64,000 nt of DNA, from contig NC_043010.1 in NCBI RefSeq assembly GCF_006345805.1, forward strand, positions 44,330,001 to 44,394,000, read 5' to 3'. The notes below the pieces were generated by a model that saw only the letters and a program-made list of their open reading frames with translations, was not told the origin of the DNA and did not search any database. Below are positions 38,463-52,089 of the stretch, piece after piece. Origin of the DNA: Octopus sinensis (lineage: Eukaryota). The position numbers and the translations under genes were made by a program. Positions within the stretch are counted from its first letter, which is position 1, and every line of letters starts with the position of its first letter.

Positions 38463-39392
38463 CAGTGGTTCTCAACTTTTTTTTTTTTTTTTTACCTATG
38501 GACCCCTTCGATTACTATTTTATTCAGGTGGATCCCCATAATTATTTGATATTTAAAAATTAGTTTTATTGGTACTTCTTCCAAAATTCCTATTTCATTC
38601 TTCACACTTGTACTTGTGTAGGTTTGCAATAGCACTGAGAGAACATGTCACAGTGGTTAGAGACACACTGAACTATCTTTTATCTTTTACTCGTTCCAGT
38701 CATTTGATTACAGCCATGTTCGGGCACTGCTATGAAGGGTTTTAGTCAAACAAGTGGCCCCAGGACTTCATTCTATTGGTCTCTTTTTCCCAAACTACTA
38801 AGTTATGGGGATGTAAACACACCAACACCAGTTGTCAAGTGGTGCTAGGAGACAAACACAAACAAAGACACTCTTTTACTTGTTTCAGTCATTTGACTGT
38901 GGCCATGCTGGAGCACCATATTTAGTCGGCTCCAGGACTAATTTTTTGTAAGCCTAGTACTTATTCTATCGGTCTCTTATGCCGAACCGTTAAGTTATGG
39001 GGGATGTAAACACACCAACTTCAGTTGTCAAGCAATATTGGGGGATGAAACACAATCACACAAACATATACACACACATACATATGTACGACCGGCTTCG
39101 TTTAGTTTCCGTCTACCAAATCCACTTTTTTCTTTCAGTGCCATCTACCAAATTCATTTACAAGGCTTTGGTCAGCCCAAGGCTATAGTAGAAAACATTT
39201 TCCCAAGGTGCAATGCAGTGGAATTGAACCTGGAACTATGTGATTGGGAAGAAACCTAGTTGTTTCTTGCAATAAATACATTGGAAACAAAATTTTTTCA
39301 TTAACCCCTAAAATACTATCATGGACCTCCAATTTACTGTTTTGTTTGTGTGGACCCTCAGCAGTCACATGGAACCTGGTTGAGAACCACTG
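38463..39392. mobile_element. hAT-type MITE expanded by nested SINE insertions
   Basis: TIRs cagtggttctcaac / gttgagaaccactg. SINE sequence at ~38680-39250. TSD gtttaaag. Confidence 0.85.
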
Positions 39393-42300
39393 GTTTAAAG
39401 AATACACATAATATTCAAATTTCCAACAACAGACAACAAATATCATTCATCCCCTAGAAACAGACAAAGTAATGGATGTCAAGTACTGCCTGTTAGAAAC
39501 TTGCTTCTAAACCAGTGGTCCGTCAGATCACTTCAACCTCTAGACCAGTGTTGCCTAATAACTTTCCAGAAAAATGTATGCCCCAATGGTGATTGGAAAA
39601 ATGTATAGGTTTAGTATGTTTGCTGTGAAAACAAAATTTTCACAATTCCATGTCATACTATAAAAAAAAAGAAAAGAAAAAACTTTGGATCTTATGTCCC
39701 ACCAGTGGAGAATATGCCCCATGTTGGGAATCACTGTTCTAGACCATAATGTAACCTTTCTACAAAATGAAGCTAAATAACATAAATCAAGAGACAAGAC
39801 ATAAGTTGTTGCAATGCTACTTGATGTATTTATAATTAGTCAATATTTTCTACTAAACAAAATTTAAAAAAAACCAAATATCTTTTTATGGTTCTCAAGA
39901 CCTCCATAATGACCCTAAATCACTCACCACACCAAAGAAGTGTGTATACTTCTGCACATATAAGCACTAGGTTAATTAGCGATCTATTTCCTCAGGTTCT
40001 AAGTGCAAAATTTTAGACCAAAGCAAGATCATAATTTTCCACCCCACTTTTCATGTTACTTTTAATCTATATTATGGAGGAAGGTACAAACTAGCACAGT
40101 TTAAACACTTAATTTTTTTTCACACTATTTTTAATATTATTTCAGCATCATTTTGACTTCACATGGCCCAATTTTTTTACATTCACTTAAATACTTCTTC
40201 AACCAATTCCATAATTTAACTTGTTCATGTGTTTCAGACTTCACCATCCTTCTACAGAATGGCATTATCTGTAGCATATATTCTTTCCACTCACACTCCC
40301 CACATCTCAAAGGCCAACAGTACTTTTTCACTAGTTTTTAGCTTCGTCTACATTCTGAGTCCGGGGTTAGCTTTGCATTCCACTATCTAGGTTGGGGGGG
40401 GGGGGCTCTGAAAGGGGTCTCAGGGAGTAGTGTCCCTACCTTCCTGAGGTAATTTTCCATCACATTTCTTAAAGATCGTGGTAAAAGCCTTGGTCTCGGG
40501 ACCACTCATGTCTAGTAACTGAGGTTGGGGGTAAGTAAGGGCATGCTCCCTGTAGAAAATCCAGCCCCAGAAAAAGCCTCATGATAGCAAAGGAGAATGG
40601 GCACCAGTCAGCCAGCCCAAAGGTTGGGGTGGGCTGCACCTGCCTACCTCTGTTGCTATGGCATTGGGGACAAAACCCAGATTTAAAACACTGGATGATG
40701 ATGATGATAGTGTCAATCCGAAGGCCATTAAGTACCAGTTCTTTACATGTATTGATTCTACTCCTCCCTTTTAAAATTGTAGCCTTGTTTTTATGTAAGA
40801 AACTATCACCATTTCTATTACTGCCAGTTTCCTATAAATCTGTTACTTTGTACCAAAGTAAGAAATCATTTGCAAATATTGCAGGGAAATGGTGCATCAT
40901 TACTCTTTTTACTATTTTACTTGTTTCAGTCATTTGACTGCAGCCATACTGGAGCACTGCTTTTAGTCGTGCGAATCGCCCCCAAGACTTATTCTTTGTA
41001 AGCGTAGTACTTATACTATCGGTCTCTTTTGCCGAACCGCTAAGTTACGGGGACGTAAACACACCAGCATCGGTTGTCAAACACAAACACACATATGTAT
41101 ACATATACATATATACGATGGGCTTCTTTCAGTTTCCGTCTACCAAATCCACTCACAAGGCTTTGGTCGGCCTAAGGCTTTAGTAGAAGACACCTGCCCA
41201 AGGTACCACACAGTGGGACCTTATTATTAGCAGAGTAGTCTTGATATAAATGATAATGTCCCCATCTACATTGCTTTCAATCATAAGATTTGATGTCTTA
41301 CATTTGTAAATTAAAATTGAACTGCAATAAATTTTACTTGCAATCACTCATCATGAATAAAATAAATTGCAATAATAAATGGAACTGAATTCCATTGTTA
41401 AACTAAATTGCCTTCAGTTCTTTCTTATACCTACTGTTAAATTAATTCCTCAGTAAAATTTACTACCAACTATGTTCCAATCTATTAACTAGCATTCAAT
41501 TGTTGTAGGGATGGTGCTGATCTTAGTCATCACAACCCTTGTCTGCTTCGCTGTCAGATGATTGAGATACATGAGGTTTAGTGACTTCCTTAGCATGGTG
41601 CTATAAATGATATATGAACTCACCAACTCAGCAAGAACAATGTTAATTTATTTTGCTATAAGTTGTTTAGCCTGATAGTTTTAGAGCAGACCTATTGTCA
41701 AAGAAGTTTTAGCCTGTGACCATTTGTCTTTTTCTTTTCAGGCACTATATACACTGTCCAAAATAATTTTAGATATCATTTTTAAAACAGAAGGGTTTAA
41801 TTTAAGTGAAATTTGGTTGCTATTTCTAGCAGCTTAAGCAGCCACACACAGACTTCCTTGTTGGTTTGTAATCATTTACATACTTGGCTAAGTGGTTTTC
41901 CAGTCTATCAAACTAGGTAATAAACATATACCAAAGAGTTGTTACAAAGCCAAAGAGTATTGATTTTCCCCAAAGTATAAAACTCAGATTTAAAACATAG
42001 AGAACATCTATGCCTTTCATGAAACATTAATGATGTTGGTGAAATGAAACAAAGTCAGTTGAAGAGTTTGCAGTCTTAGCTTGCCAGGAATTTACAATAG
42101 CATTAAAAAAACAACCCCCCCCCAGCAAAAATGTTATCTAATCGTGAATAAATGCATTAGTTGTATGTGTAAATGTGCATTGTGTGTGTGTGTGTGTGAT
42201 TTATTTGAGAAAAGCTACAATTATGACATTTTCAGAATTTCATATGCCAGTCAATAACAAGAATTTAAGAGGGTTCTGAAGAAGATGTCTCAGATTACCT

Positions 42301-42568
42301 ATAAAATTATATCATTGCAGAAAATTCTAATGGGGCATGTACTTTACACAAAGAACTAACAGTAAGTTTACCTAATACAATACACATTTTAAGCAACACA
42401 GGATTTTTTTACTAGACACAAAGTATATTTTCTAAAAGAGAGTGACATAACCTATTTGGTCTATCCCATCTCCATTGATTTTGAACTCAGAACAAAAAGA
42501 TACATATAGAAAAACATGTAGACTGGCATTTTACATGTATTACTTGGTATTTGTACCTTAGTGGTTTT

Positions 42569-42802
42569 GAAGGCGGCAAGCTGGCAGAAACGTTAGCATG
42601 CTGGGCGAAATGCGTAGCCGTATTTCATCTGCCATTACGTTCTGAGTTCAAATTCCGCCGAGGTTGACTTTACCTTTCATCCTTTCAGAGTCGATAAATT
42701 AAGTACTAGTTACGCTCTGGGGTTGATATAATCGACTTAATCCGTCTGTCTGTCCTTGTTTGTCTCCTCTGTGTTTAGCCCCTTGTGGGTAGTAAAGAAA
42801 TA
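42569..42802 (+). mobile_element. tRNA-derived SINE with 23-bp TSD
   Basis: ggtatttgtaccttagtggtttt at 42546-42568 and 42803-42825. Confidence 0.9.
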
Positions 42803-44725
42803 GGTATTTGTACCTTAGTGGTTTTTGTTTTTGAACAGCCTAGTTTTCACCAAAATAATTCTGCTTTTCCTTCTTTGACTTAAGCTTTTACACCAATTTA
42901 CAATTGCTACATATAATCAAAACATGATGTTTCTTTAACAATCTTATAGTAACAAATGCTAAAGATCAAACCACTTATTCTGTCCCACCCACCAATTAAA
43001 AGAAAAAGAAAACTAAAACATTCTTGAAAAACGGGTTAATTTCACAAAGAATAAAGAGCAGTGATGACTTGGTACCAAAAATAGAAAAGGATTCTTCACC
43101 AAACTTCTGAATCTCCATAAATTCAGCAAGGCTGACCTCAGTAAGATCATGACTTGTTCCTTTCATAGGTTTAAAATTTTTTTAAAAAAGTATTTCACTA
43201 CTTTATTTGTTTCAATCTTTCTTAATACTTATGTCTTTTCTTTTAAAAAAAGGGGAAGGGGAACTTAAAATTGTGAACTTAAAATTTTGCACCTTCTTTA
43301 TACATTTTAAACTATTGTAGTTACTGCAGGTCAGAGTAAAATGAACGGAATGTGTAGAAGTGAATTTGTTAGGTGTAAAATGAAAAGTGAAACTGTTTGG
43401 TGAGATAAAGTCCAGACAAGCACCTGGAGTATAACTTATCAAAAACTGCTAAATAATCTTTCAGACGTTGTTTATAGAAGATCAAAAACTTTTCATATAA
43501 ATTGTTTAATTTTGATAGTTTCAATTACATTTAGTTTCACACATACTGAATTATTATCCTCATTTATATAAACGTAACATGCACACTTAATTATATGGTA
43601 GTGAATTGTGTGATGTTATATAAACATTCATACATATTTACAATACAGCCCTTACTACATATGATACTGTTCACAAAACAGCTGTTTTTACACATGTTGT
43701 TGTCAACAGAGCTAGGATTATTCTATGTGGGTTGTCAACTAAATCAACACTTGACTTGTGTTGTTACATGAAGAACATGAATTCACCTTGATTCGGTTAG
43801 CCTTCACTTGAAGGCAACTTAATAATTAAATCATTACAATGCCCTTACACACACACACTATAATATACAGACTTACTTGTATATAAACACACACTTGTAT
43901 ATGAACACTGACTTTTACACACTCATCTCTACATTTACATACACATGTATGGATACACACATTTACACATGTATATATACTCAATCAACTCTCCAGATAG
44001 AAAACTGCACTGTTATTCAAGAACGTTGTAGCATCTTTCAGATAACAGCGCTGGATTCAACGGAATTGATAACATTTCCTTACACTGAAATAGATACCCT
44101 TTTACATCGAACGGTATTCTGCAGCGGGCTTGTCAAAGATAACTTGAAGCTAGCAGGAAAATACATTCCCACTCTGATTCAAATTGTTTCGTATATTCTA
44201 CTTTAGTTGAATTTATATCTTCCACAATGTAAACAGGGAAGAAAAAGTAATCAAATGCAGAGCAGTTCTACAGTTATTGAAATAAACGAAACAGAAACAA
44301 TACAAGGAAGCTAAATGCATACGGAATGCTTAAGAAATATGATTGTTCTATATTTCAAAAACAAAACTTTAAAGTGTCAACCAATGAAAGTATACTCATC
44401 AGTATCGTTGAAGCCAAATCTAATTTGGTCAAGTTTATGAGAAAATGATTTCCAACTGTGACAGTCCTGATTTATTATAATTTTCTATAAATAATCTGAA
44501 CTTCATAACCTAATGCATATTAGGATGTCACAAGAATTCATTCAAAGAAAAAAAAAATTCCAATGAATCCGGGACAGGGGTGACCCCCTTCAACCCCCTC
44601 TTTTTCCGAACCAAAATAAGGGATTAGCAGCATATTAGGAGGTCAAGGTACTTGATTTCACGCAAAAAAACCCGAGTTTTTTTTTTTACCTTAGTGAAAA
44701 TTGAGCAGGTATTACTCTGAAAATT

Positions 44726-44728
<3 letters not shown>

Positions 44729-44805
<77 letters not shown>
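44729..44805. repeat. (GA)n microsatellite
   Basis: Near-perfect AG tract with one interruption. Confidence 0.95.
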
Positions 44806-45889
44806 TGTGTCGTTAATTCAAGCAGCTAAATTACAAAATAAGTAATATTTATGAACTTCGCATAATTCCAGATTGAAAACTTTGGACTTGTTAGAAATAA
44901 CTATTTCAATGGTCATTTTAACACAGGCACACATTAAAAACGTTTCTTTTCGATTTCAGTAGTATTATAAGACAGAGAGAGAAATTTTGACAAAAAAAAA
45001 AAAGAAAAAAAAAAAAGATCTGGAAACTGCTAATTTTGACATATCAACATCAAGTAATTTGGTGTCACAGACATTATTATTTAAAGTATTCGAAAGGGAA
45101 GGAAGGGAAACGAGACTTAGAAGAAAAAAAAATTCACAACGGAATCTGACTGGAGTTTTAGAAGTAAAGCGCGATAGTTGTGCAAATGTGTCAAATTATG
45201 ATTCCGAGTATACTTGGATGAAAACTAGTTGTCTACATTTTAAATCCGCAAAAAAGGATTGTATGACAGAGTTCTGAGGTTAAAGGCGAAGCTTTTAGAA
45301 GAAAGGCACATATCTGTGTGTGTTTATATATGTATATATTTTCTGATACAATTTCATTCATATCTATATATAGGAATCAATTCCAGAACTTGACATTTTA
45401 ATGATTCCAGAAAGATGAGATTTAATCTCAGAGGATAAAAGACAGTGTCTAAAAAAAACAACAGATATTTTATCCGCGAGTCTAAATATTCTGTCAATTT
45501 ATTCTCCCTAAGGACTTATAAAAACATTTCCCTCTTCACAGAAGTTAGTGGTATAGATGTGCGTAAAAGCGTTAAATAAAATTACATCAATCAAAAGCGT
45601 ATTATCTCATCATGAATTTTCATGAAACAACAAATGTCATCGTGCATGCGACTACACACACTCACACGTACTAGTACACATTGGACAACTGACAGTGAGA
45701 AATAGTTTTTCAACATCCTACCTCAATAACTTTCCGCATGAAGTATCAACATTAGATGGTTGGTAGAGCAACGCAAAAAAAATAAACAACAACTTTGAGG
45801 ATGAAATACTAAGTTAATAGAACGTAGATGCTTTAACAGCAAGAAACGCACGAGTGCGTATTTCCATGTATTAGCGTGAAGTAGTCAGG

Positions 45890-45898
45890 ATGGTAAGT
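45890..45898 (+). other. ATG directly followed by a consensus donor; possible end of a first exon of a plus-strand gene
   Basis: gtcaggATG|gtaagt in a CpG-rich zone. No convincing downstream exon found. Confidence 0.25.
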
Positions 45899-48066
45899 GT
45901 AAATGGAAGTCTGATTCAGAAAACTTTCTTCATCCTCCCACAAAGTTTTTGAGCTGACTCAGACGAAGGGAAGTAACTCTAGTCGCCAATCTCACTTCAT
46001 CTCTAAACCCCCAACTCCATCAAAGTTTTGACATATTTTCTTCTTTATCTCTCACGCGCACTCTCTGATAACAATAATAATAGAATGTTGCTAAGGGAAG
46101 CATTTGAATTCTTCATTAAACAATGTCAGTGGCTGCATATATATTTTTTAATTTCATTCGGAGGGAAAATGAAGAGATGCTGACGCCAGCTTTATCTTTC
46201 GTCCTTTATGAAGATTAAGCTAGCCTCAATTAGATAGATAGATAGATAGATAAAGAGATATATAGATAGAGAGATAGATAGATTGATAGATAGATAAACA
46301 AACAGATAGATAGGTATGTATGTATATCTCTTTTATTTTTTTAAATTATCATAAATCTTCCACTGAAGAGGAAGTCGGTTTCCAACAAAGATACAAGGCT
46401 CCATCCTTGAGATGTAGTTAACAGACAAATTGTATGTATTCATGTTAGGTGGGTGGGTCCGCGTACACGCGCACAAACAGCTGTTCTTTGAGGTACGTAG
46501 TATTAAAAGTATGGCATTAATATAATTTAGAATTTGTGAAATATAAAAAAAAAATCTTTTGTTTATTTTCGTGAATGTATCTGAATATTTCCCCAATTCC
46601 ACTAACCTTAATCACAGGACTGGTTGATCAAGACTAACTGGCTAGAAATAGCAATAAAATTTACTTCAAACCATATCTTACCGCTAAAAATTTTTTTAAA
46701 AGGACGCATTGAATGAATTGGTCCTAGATACACTGTCCCTAAAACCAAAGTAGAGCGGTCATAATTGGAATCCTTTCAACAAATGTCTGCTCAATTGATT
46801 CTAAACAGTATCTCGGTCATCAACACACGCAACTGTACCACTTCCACCATCACCTCTACGACTTGTCTATTAGTATCACCAATCTACGAAATTATTATGG
46901 CTATTATTTGAAGGATTGTCTAGTTAATTATTGACGTTTTTTTTTCTTTTGCGTGGGCCTGTCAATTGTTTTCCTTTACTCCTATATTTATATTAACTTA
47001 TCAACTCATTACAATCAATATAATAAATTTATATAAAAGAGTTTTATCCCATTTCACAGACTTCGCTACTGGAACTATAAAAGGTGATGGTTCGTACTGA
47101 GGGAGGAAAACAACGGTTAATATCGAAATATCTTATTCTTTGATTTCAAAATCCAAATGTATTTTTGTTTAATGTTACCACTCATTCATGGACACGAACA
47201 CACATACAAATAAAGAGAGAGGGAGAAACAAGTAGATAAAGCAATGGACATGAATGCACAGACTATCGTATATTTTTCATACGATTTAGACGATATTTTA
47301 AATTAGATAATCTTAGTAGCAAAGAGTATGATGCTTTACTCAAATGACAACATAATCTCTCGTGGCCAACAAGCGAGCGTTTAAGCGGTCAACGACATGC
47401 TATAAACAGCAGTCAGATATTCAACTTGTGTATCGCATCCGTCAACACGCTCGTCGCCAGACTTTGGTGCCAGGGGATGCTTCAGAATATTCTGGGCGGG
47501 AAATAATTTGTAATAATGTTGAAGTGGAGTTTCGAAATAAGTGTATCACTGTAAATTTGAGGGTACACCATTGAATAGTAAGGCGGAGTAGCGCCGTCCA
47601 GTGCATCCCTTTAGCGACGGGCATGCCTGTTAATTAAGGTGGGAGTGCAAAAATTGTATTTTCTCCCAGGCGCTGTAAACCCTTCCTACTCTATATACGT
47701 CAATAACTACTCTATAAATGTGTGACGTATATGAATCATTATTATAGCAATAAATGCAATGAGCTAATTAGGTAGGTCATTGTGTAGTTGTTCCACCCTG
47801 TAGAAATAACAGCCTATCCTCCTTTAAACCACAACCTCCTGTTTTCAAAATATGACTGTACATGTTGATGGTTATGACAAGAACACGTTTGATCCTAGGT
47901 CGACTCAATCAGGTCTGGTCGGGGGTTAGTCAACTACAACAAAAGCAAATAGCTGTTAGCTTCCTTTCTTTGGAACATCATCAACTGATCATTTTCAGTT
48001 AATGAGGGAAGGATTGGCCAAATTCTTAACTATTGGTTTTATCTGCCTTCATAAAAAATAACTTAC

Positions 48067-48079
48067 CTATCAGGATATT
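48067..48079 (-). CDS. Candidate 13-nt microexon AATATCCTGATAG
   Basis: Acceptor ctttcctattttgctactctttaag and donor TAG|gtaagt. Confidence 0.4.
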
Positions 48080-48474
48080 CTTAAAGAGTAGCAAAATAGG
48101 AAAGTTGTAACTTTCATTCTTCATCCAAGAGTATTTTACTCTGCATACTTTAGCTTCGTTATTAAGGCAACAGTCCTGATACTTATTGATTAGATGTCAT
48201 ACTGCTAAGCATTTTGCCTGGTGTGCTAATGATTCTGCCTGCTCGCTGCCTTAAATAATGGTGTCAAATTTTGGCACAAGGTCAGCAATTTCCGGGAAGT
48301 GGGTAAATCGATTACATTGACCCCAGTACTCAAACTGGTACTTATTTTATTGACTCCAAAAGGATGAAAGGTGAAGTTGACCTCAGTTGAATTTGAACTC
48401 AGAAAGTAAAGACAGAAGAAACATCACTAAGCATTTCATCTGGCATGACAATGATTCTCCAGATCACCACCTTG

Positions 48475-49232
48475 TCACCATCATTTAATGTCCACTGTCC
48501 ATGCTGGCATGGGTTGAACGGTTTGACCAGAGCTGGCAATCTGGGGAGCTGCACCAGACTCCAGTCTGATTTGGCAAGGTTTTTAAGACTATATGCTCTT
48601 CTTAACACCAACCACTGTACAAAGTGTGCTAAGTGCTTTTACATGGTACCACCACAAGTTCTTTACATCACCAGAAGGGCCAGTCTTAACACTTCTGCTG
48701 CGAAGTGTGAGTCTTCTTGAGTACAGCAAGGCACCAGGAATCTTGGTCCTTTGTCATCTCACCTGAAAGGTTCAGTGACCTGAGGTCATTCTTCAGTACT
48801 TTATCCCATGTCTTCCCGAGTCTCCCATGTCCACATGTTCTATCCACTTTCAGAGATTGGCACTTTTTTATGGAGCTTTCAGCATCCATCCACCTCACAT
48901 GACCAAACCAGCACAGTCTTCTTTCTTGCACACAGCAACCAATTCCTCTTATACCTAACTTCTCTCTCAGAACACTAGCACTTTGTTGAACAGGTACATT
49001 TACATTACATATCTAGTGGCACATATTAACCTTCCCTTGTCCTCTGCATTCAGGACCCACATCTCACTACCTTGTAGAATTGCTGCCTGTATACATGCAT
49101 CATACAATCTTCCTTTCATGGTCAACACAGGTAACAACTCTCTGAATTTCCTCCATCCTATTCTTATTTTAGCTATCACACTCACTCTGCATCCTCCCCC
49201 ACTATTAATTTCAGTTAATATATTAGGATTGC
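48475..49232 (-). mobile_element. RTE LINE 3' fragment (post-RT C-terminus plus 3'UTR)
   Basis: SVIAKIRIGWRKFRELLPVL...YDACIQAAILQGSEMW and QERRLCWFGHVRWMD...GRLGKTWDKVLKNDL. Confidence 0.9.
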
Positions 49233-50064
49233 TTTAATTAAATATACCCTTTTTTTTTTCAATTTATAGTGTTCTCTTGGTATCAGTGAGAAATACGCTC
49301 TTACCTCCTTCTCATCCTTATTATTTTTATTATTATTATTAGAGTAGTTGAAAAGAGGAAAGAATATAGAACTGTAAGAAATCATCATCATTTGACATCT
49401 ATTTTTCCATACTTGCCTAGGTTGGACAGAATTTTGTTGAGGCAGACTTTCTACAACTAGATACCCTTCCAGTCGTCAACACTCACCTGTTACCAAGCAA
49501 GGTAATATTTCACAGAAAATTGAAAGTGAACAACATTGCTTGTATGATGGTGATGCTCACTTGCAACCATTACTTGATCTCAAGACAATGGTACACACAC
49601 ACACACACGTAAGTATGTTTGTGTAGGTGTGTGTGTGTTTATATATATATAATGTATGTATGTATGATTTTTTCTTTTATTTGTTTCAGTCATTTTATTG
49701 CAGTCATGCTGGGGCACTGCCTTGAAGAAATTGACTCCAGTACATTTTTTTAAAGCCTAGTATTTATTTTATTGGCCACTTTTGCTGAACCGCTAAGTCA
49801 TGGGGATATAAACAAACCAACACTGGTTGTCAAGCAGTGGTGGGGGACAAACACAGACACTGAGACACACACGCACACACATATACAAGCTTCTTTCAGT
49901 TTCTGTCTACTAAATCCACTCACAAGGCTTTAGTAGGCCCGAGGCTATAGTAGAAGACACTTGCCCACGGTGCCATGCAGAGTGACTGAACCCAGAACCA
50001 TGTGGTTGGGAAGCAAGCTTCTTACCACACAACCACGACTGATACATATATATGTATATATATA

Positions 50065-50353
50065 TCATTGTGATCACCGTGACCAACCAGGCTAACAGAT
50101 GTTGCTATGCATCGCTAGTCACAATGCACTTCGCATTGTTTTAGCCTTCAAATGATGCCACCCCACTGGCTAAGCGAACAGGCCAACAGAAGAAAGAGCG
50201 AGAAAAAGTTGTGGCGAAAGAGTACAGCAGGGATTGCCATCACCCCCTGCTGGAGCCTCATGGAGCTTTAGGCGTTTTCGCTCAATAAACACCCACAATG
50301 CCCAGTCTGGGAATCAAAACTGTGATCCTATGACCACTGGGCCATTGCACCTC

Positions 50354-50356
<3 letters not shown>
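50065..50356 (-). mobile_element. tRNA-derived SINE (gtggaggcgcaatggcccagtgg family) in (TA)n/(CA)n
   Basis: Homologous to 58833-59134. Microsatellite on both flanks. Confidence 0.85.
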
Positions 50357-50404
<48 letters not shown>

Positions 50405-50582
50405 CCTAGACTATAGTAGAAGACACTTGCCAATGTAGTGGTAATGAACCCAAGACCACATGATTGAGAAGCAACTTTCCTAATCCCACAACCACACCTG
50501 TGCCTATACTTTCCTTCACATTCTGAGTTCCAAACTTAGCAAGTTCAACTTTGTACTTCAGCCTCTCCAAGACTAATAAATT

Positions 50583-51163
50583 AAACACCAATGACTGAAT
50601 TTAATATACCATTACTCTATACATTTGTAACACATTATCAATGTTAAAAAATAACTATTATTATTAGCACTGTCATGTTTCTAATTATGGTGTCATTGAA
50701 TTTCCTGGACCCACCTAATAAGATCAATTAAATCCTGGCTATTAGTAGCTATATTTCCGATGGTAAAAACATAAGATTTTTTTTTGTTTGTTTATAGCAA
50801 TATTTTTATATAAAGTGACAGACATCAACTATTTCATCCAACCATCTTAATAGTGTTAAAAATGTGCACTTTTTACAATTCTGGTAGTGGTAGTTGTTTA
50901 AAGCCAAGTCACCTCTAATTGAGCCAGAATTACATTGTCTAATGTATACTTCGCTTTTTAAGGTGGTAAGAAGTGATTTGAAGGTGTTTTGACTGCTATT
51001 TCTTGCTAGTCAAGCAATTGCTTAGAGGCACCTTTGTTGGCTCATTCATACTGGAATATATGTTATCTCTTCCTCTAATAAAATCAAAGGTGATTGCCAG
51101 CTCCACATGTGTATGTGTATTGAATATAATATGGGAGTAGATTTCTGTATTCCAGCCAATTAG
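50583..51163 (+). repeat. Copy 1 of a 581-bp dispersed direct duplication
   Basis: Colinear with 54812-55392, about 14 substitutions and no indels by manual alignment. Confidence 0.95.
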
Positions 51164-51416
51164 CAGTAAAAATAATACCTCATAGCACAAATACTTTGGA
51201 AATATTTGTATGTAAAAGATAGTCCATTGAGCACAACATTCCCAATACTTACTAACAGTAGAATACTAGTTGGAGCTCCTGTCTTACACAGCAAGTCATT
51301 GCTCAACCTAATCAATTTTTTTTCCTGCCTTTAACCCTCCAACACGGAGTATATGCCACTTATAGTTGAATTCCATGTTGCATAACCTAATCAATAAAAT
51401 TACTCAAACAACTTAC

Positions 51417-51492
51417 CTGGACTTTCCAGTTAGCAGCCCCAGGAAATTTGGGAGGTGCTTTTTTCTTCAAAACTTTTCCCTTCAGCTTCTTT
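51417..51492 (-). CDS. Coding exon of an unidentified gene: KKLKGKVLKKKAPPKFPGAANWKVQ
   Basis: Acceptor atacttacag and donor CAG|gtaagt. 76 nt, one open frame (phase 2 to 0). Confidence 0.7.
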
Positions 51493-52089
51493 CTGTAAGT
51501 ATATTTAAAATAGAACCATGAATATGTGTATTAAGACAATATATCAACAAAACAGCGACAAACATTATACCCCATACGTGATAACAGATTTGAAGTAAGG
51601 TAGGTAGGTATGTCAAAACAGGTGACATAAGACACAGCAGCTCAAAACTAACATCATGTGGCTGAAATAAATCAACTTTAGAAGATACAGAACAGATGGT
51701 GGTTACTAATACTCATTCTATCCATAGATATATGATACTGAGGTAAAGTGACAACTTGATTAACTGAAATAAAGAACATTCAAATATTCTTGATAAAGAC
51801 ATCATTCTTATGAGTTCATTGAAGAAAGCACAACAGAGATTATGGAATATTAAATAAAACTTTTCTACTTTTTGGGGAGGGGAGACAGTCAATTAGATCG
51901 ACCCCAGTATGCAACTGGTACTTAATTTATCGACACCGAAAGGATGAAATGTAAAGTCGACCTTGGTGGAATTTGAACTCAGAACGTAAGACAGATGAAA
52001 TACCGCTAAGCATTTCGCCTGGTGTGCTAACGTTTCTGCTAGCTCACCGCCTTGAACATTAAATTATTAAATTAAACTGCAGTTGATGA

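Noticed and set aside
42996-43166. 56-codon minus-strand ORF MKGTSHDLTEVSLAEFMEIQKFGEES, sharing KFGEE with exon 24367-24422
   Set aside because: A five-residue match can be chance, and the splice sites are weak. Worth a blastp only if RNA-seq covers it.
47362-47624. ORFs on both strands in the CpG-rich block
   Set aside because: Short, with no splice or homology support. GC-rich DNA gives longer chance ORFs.
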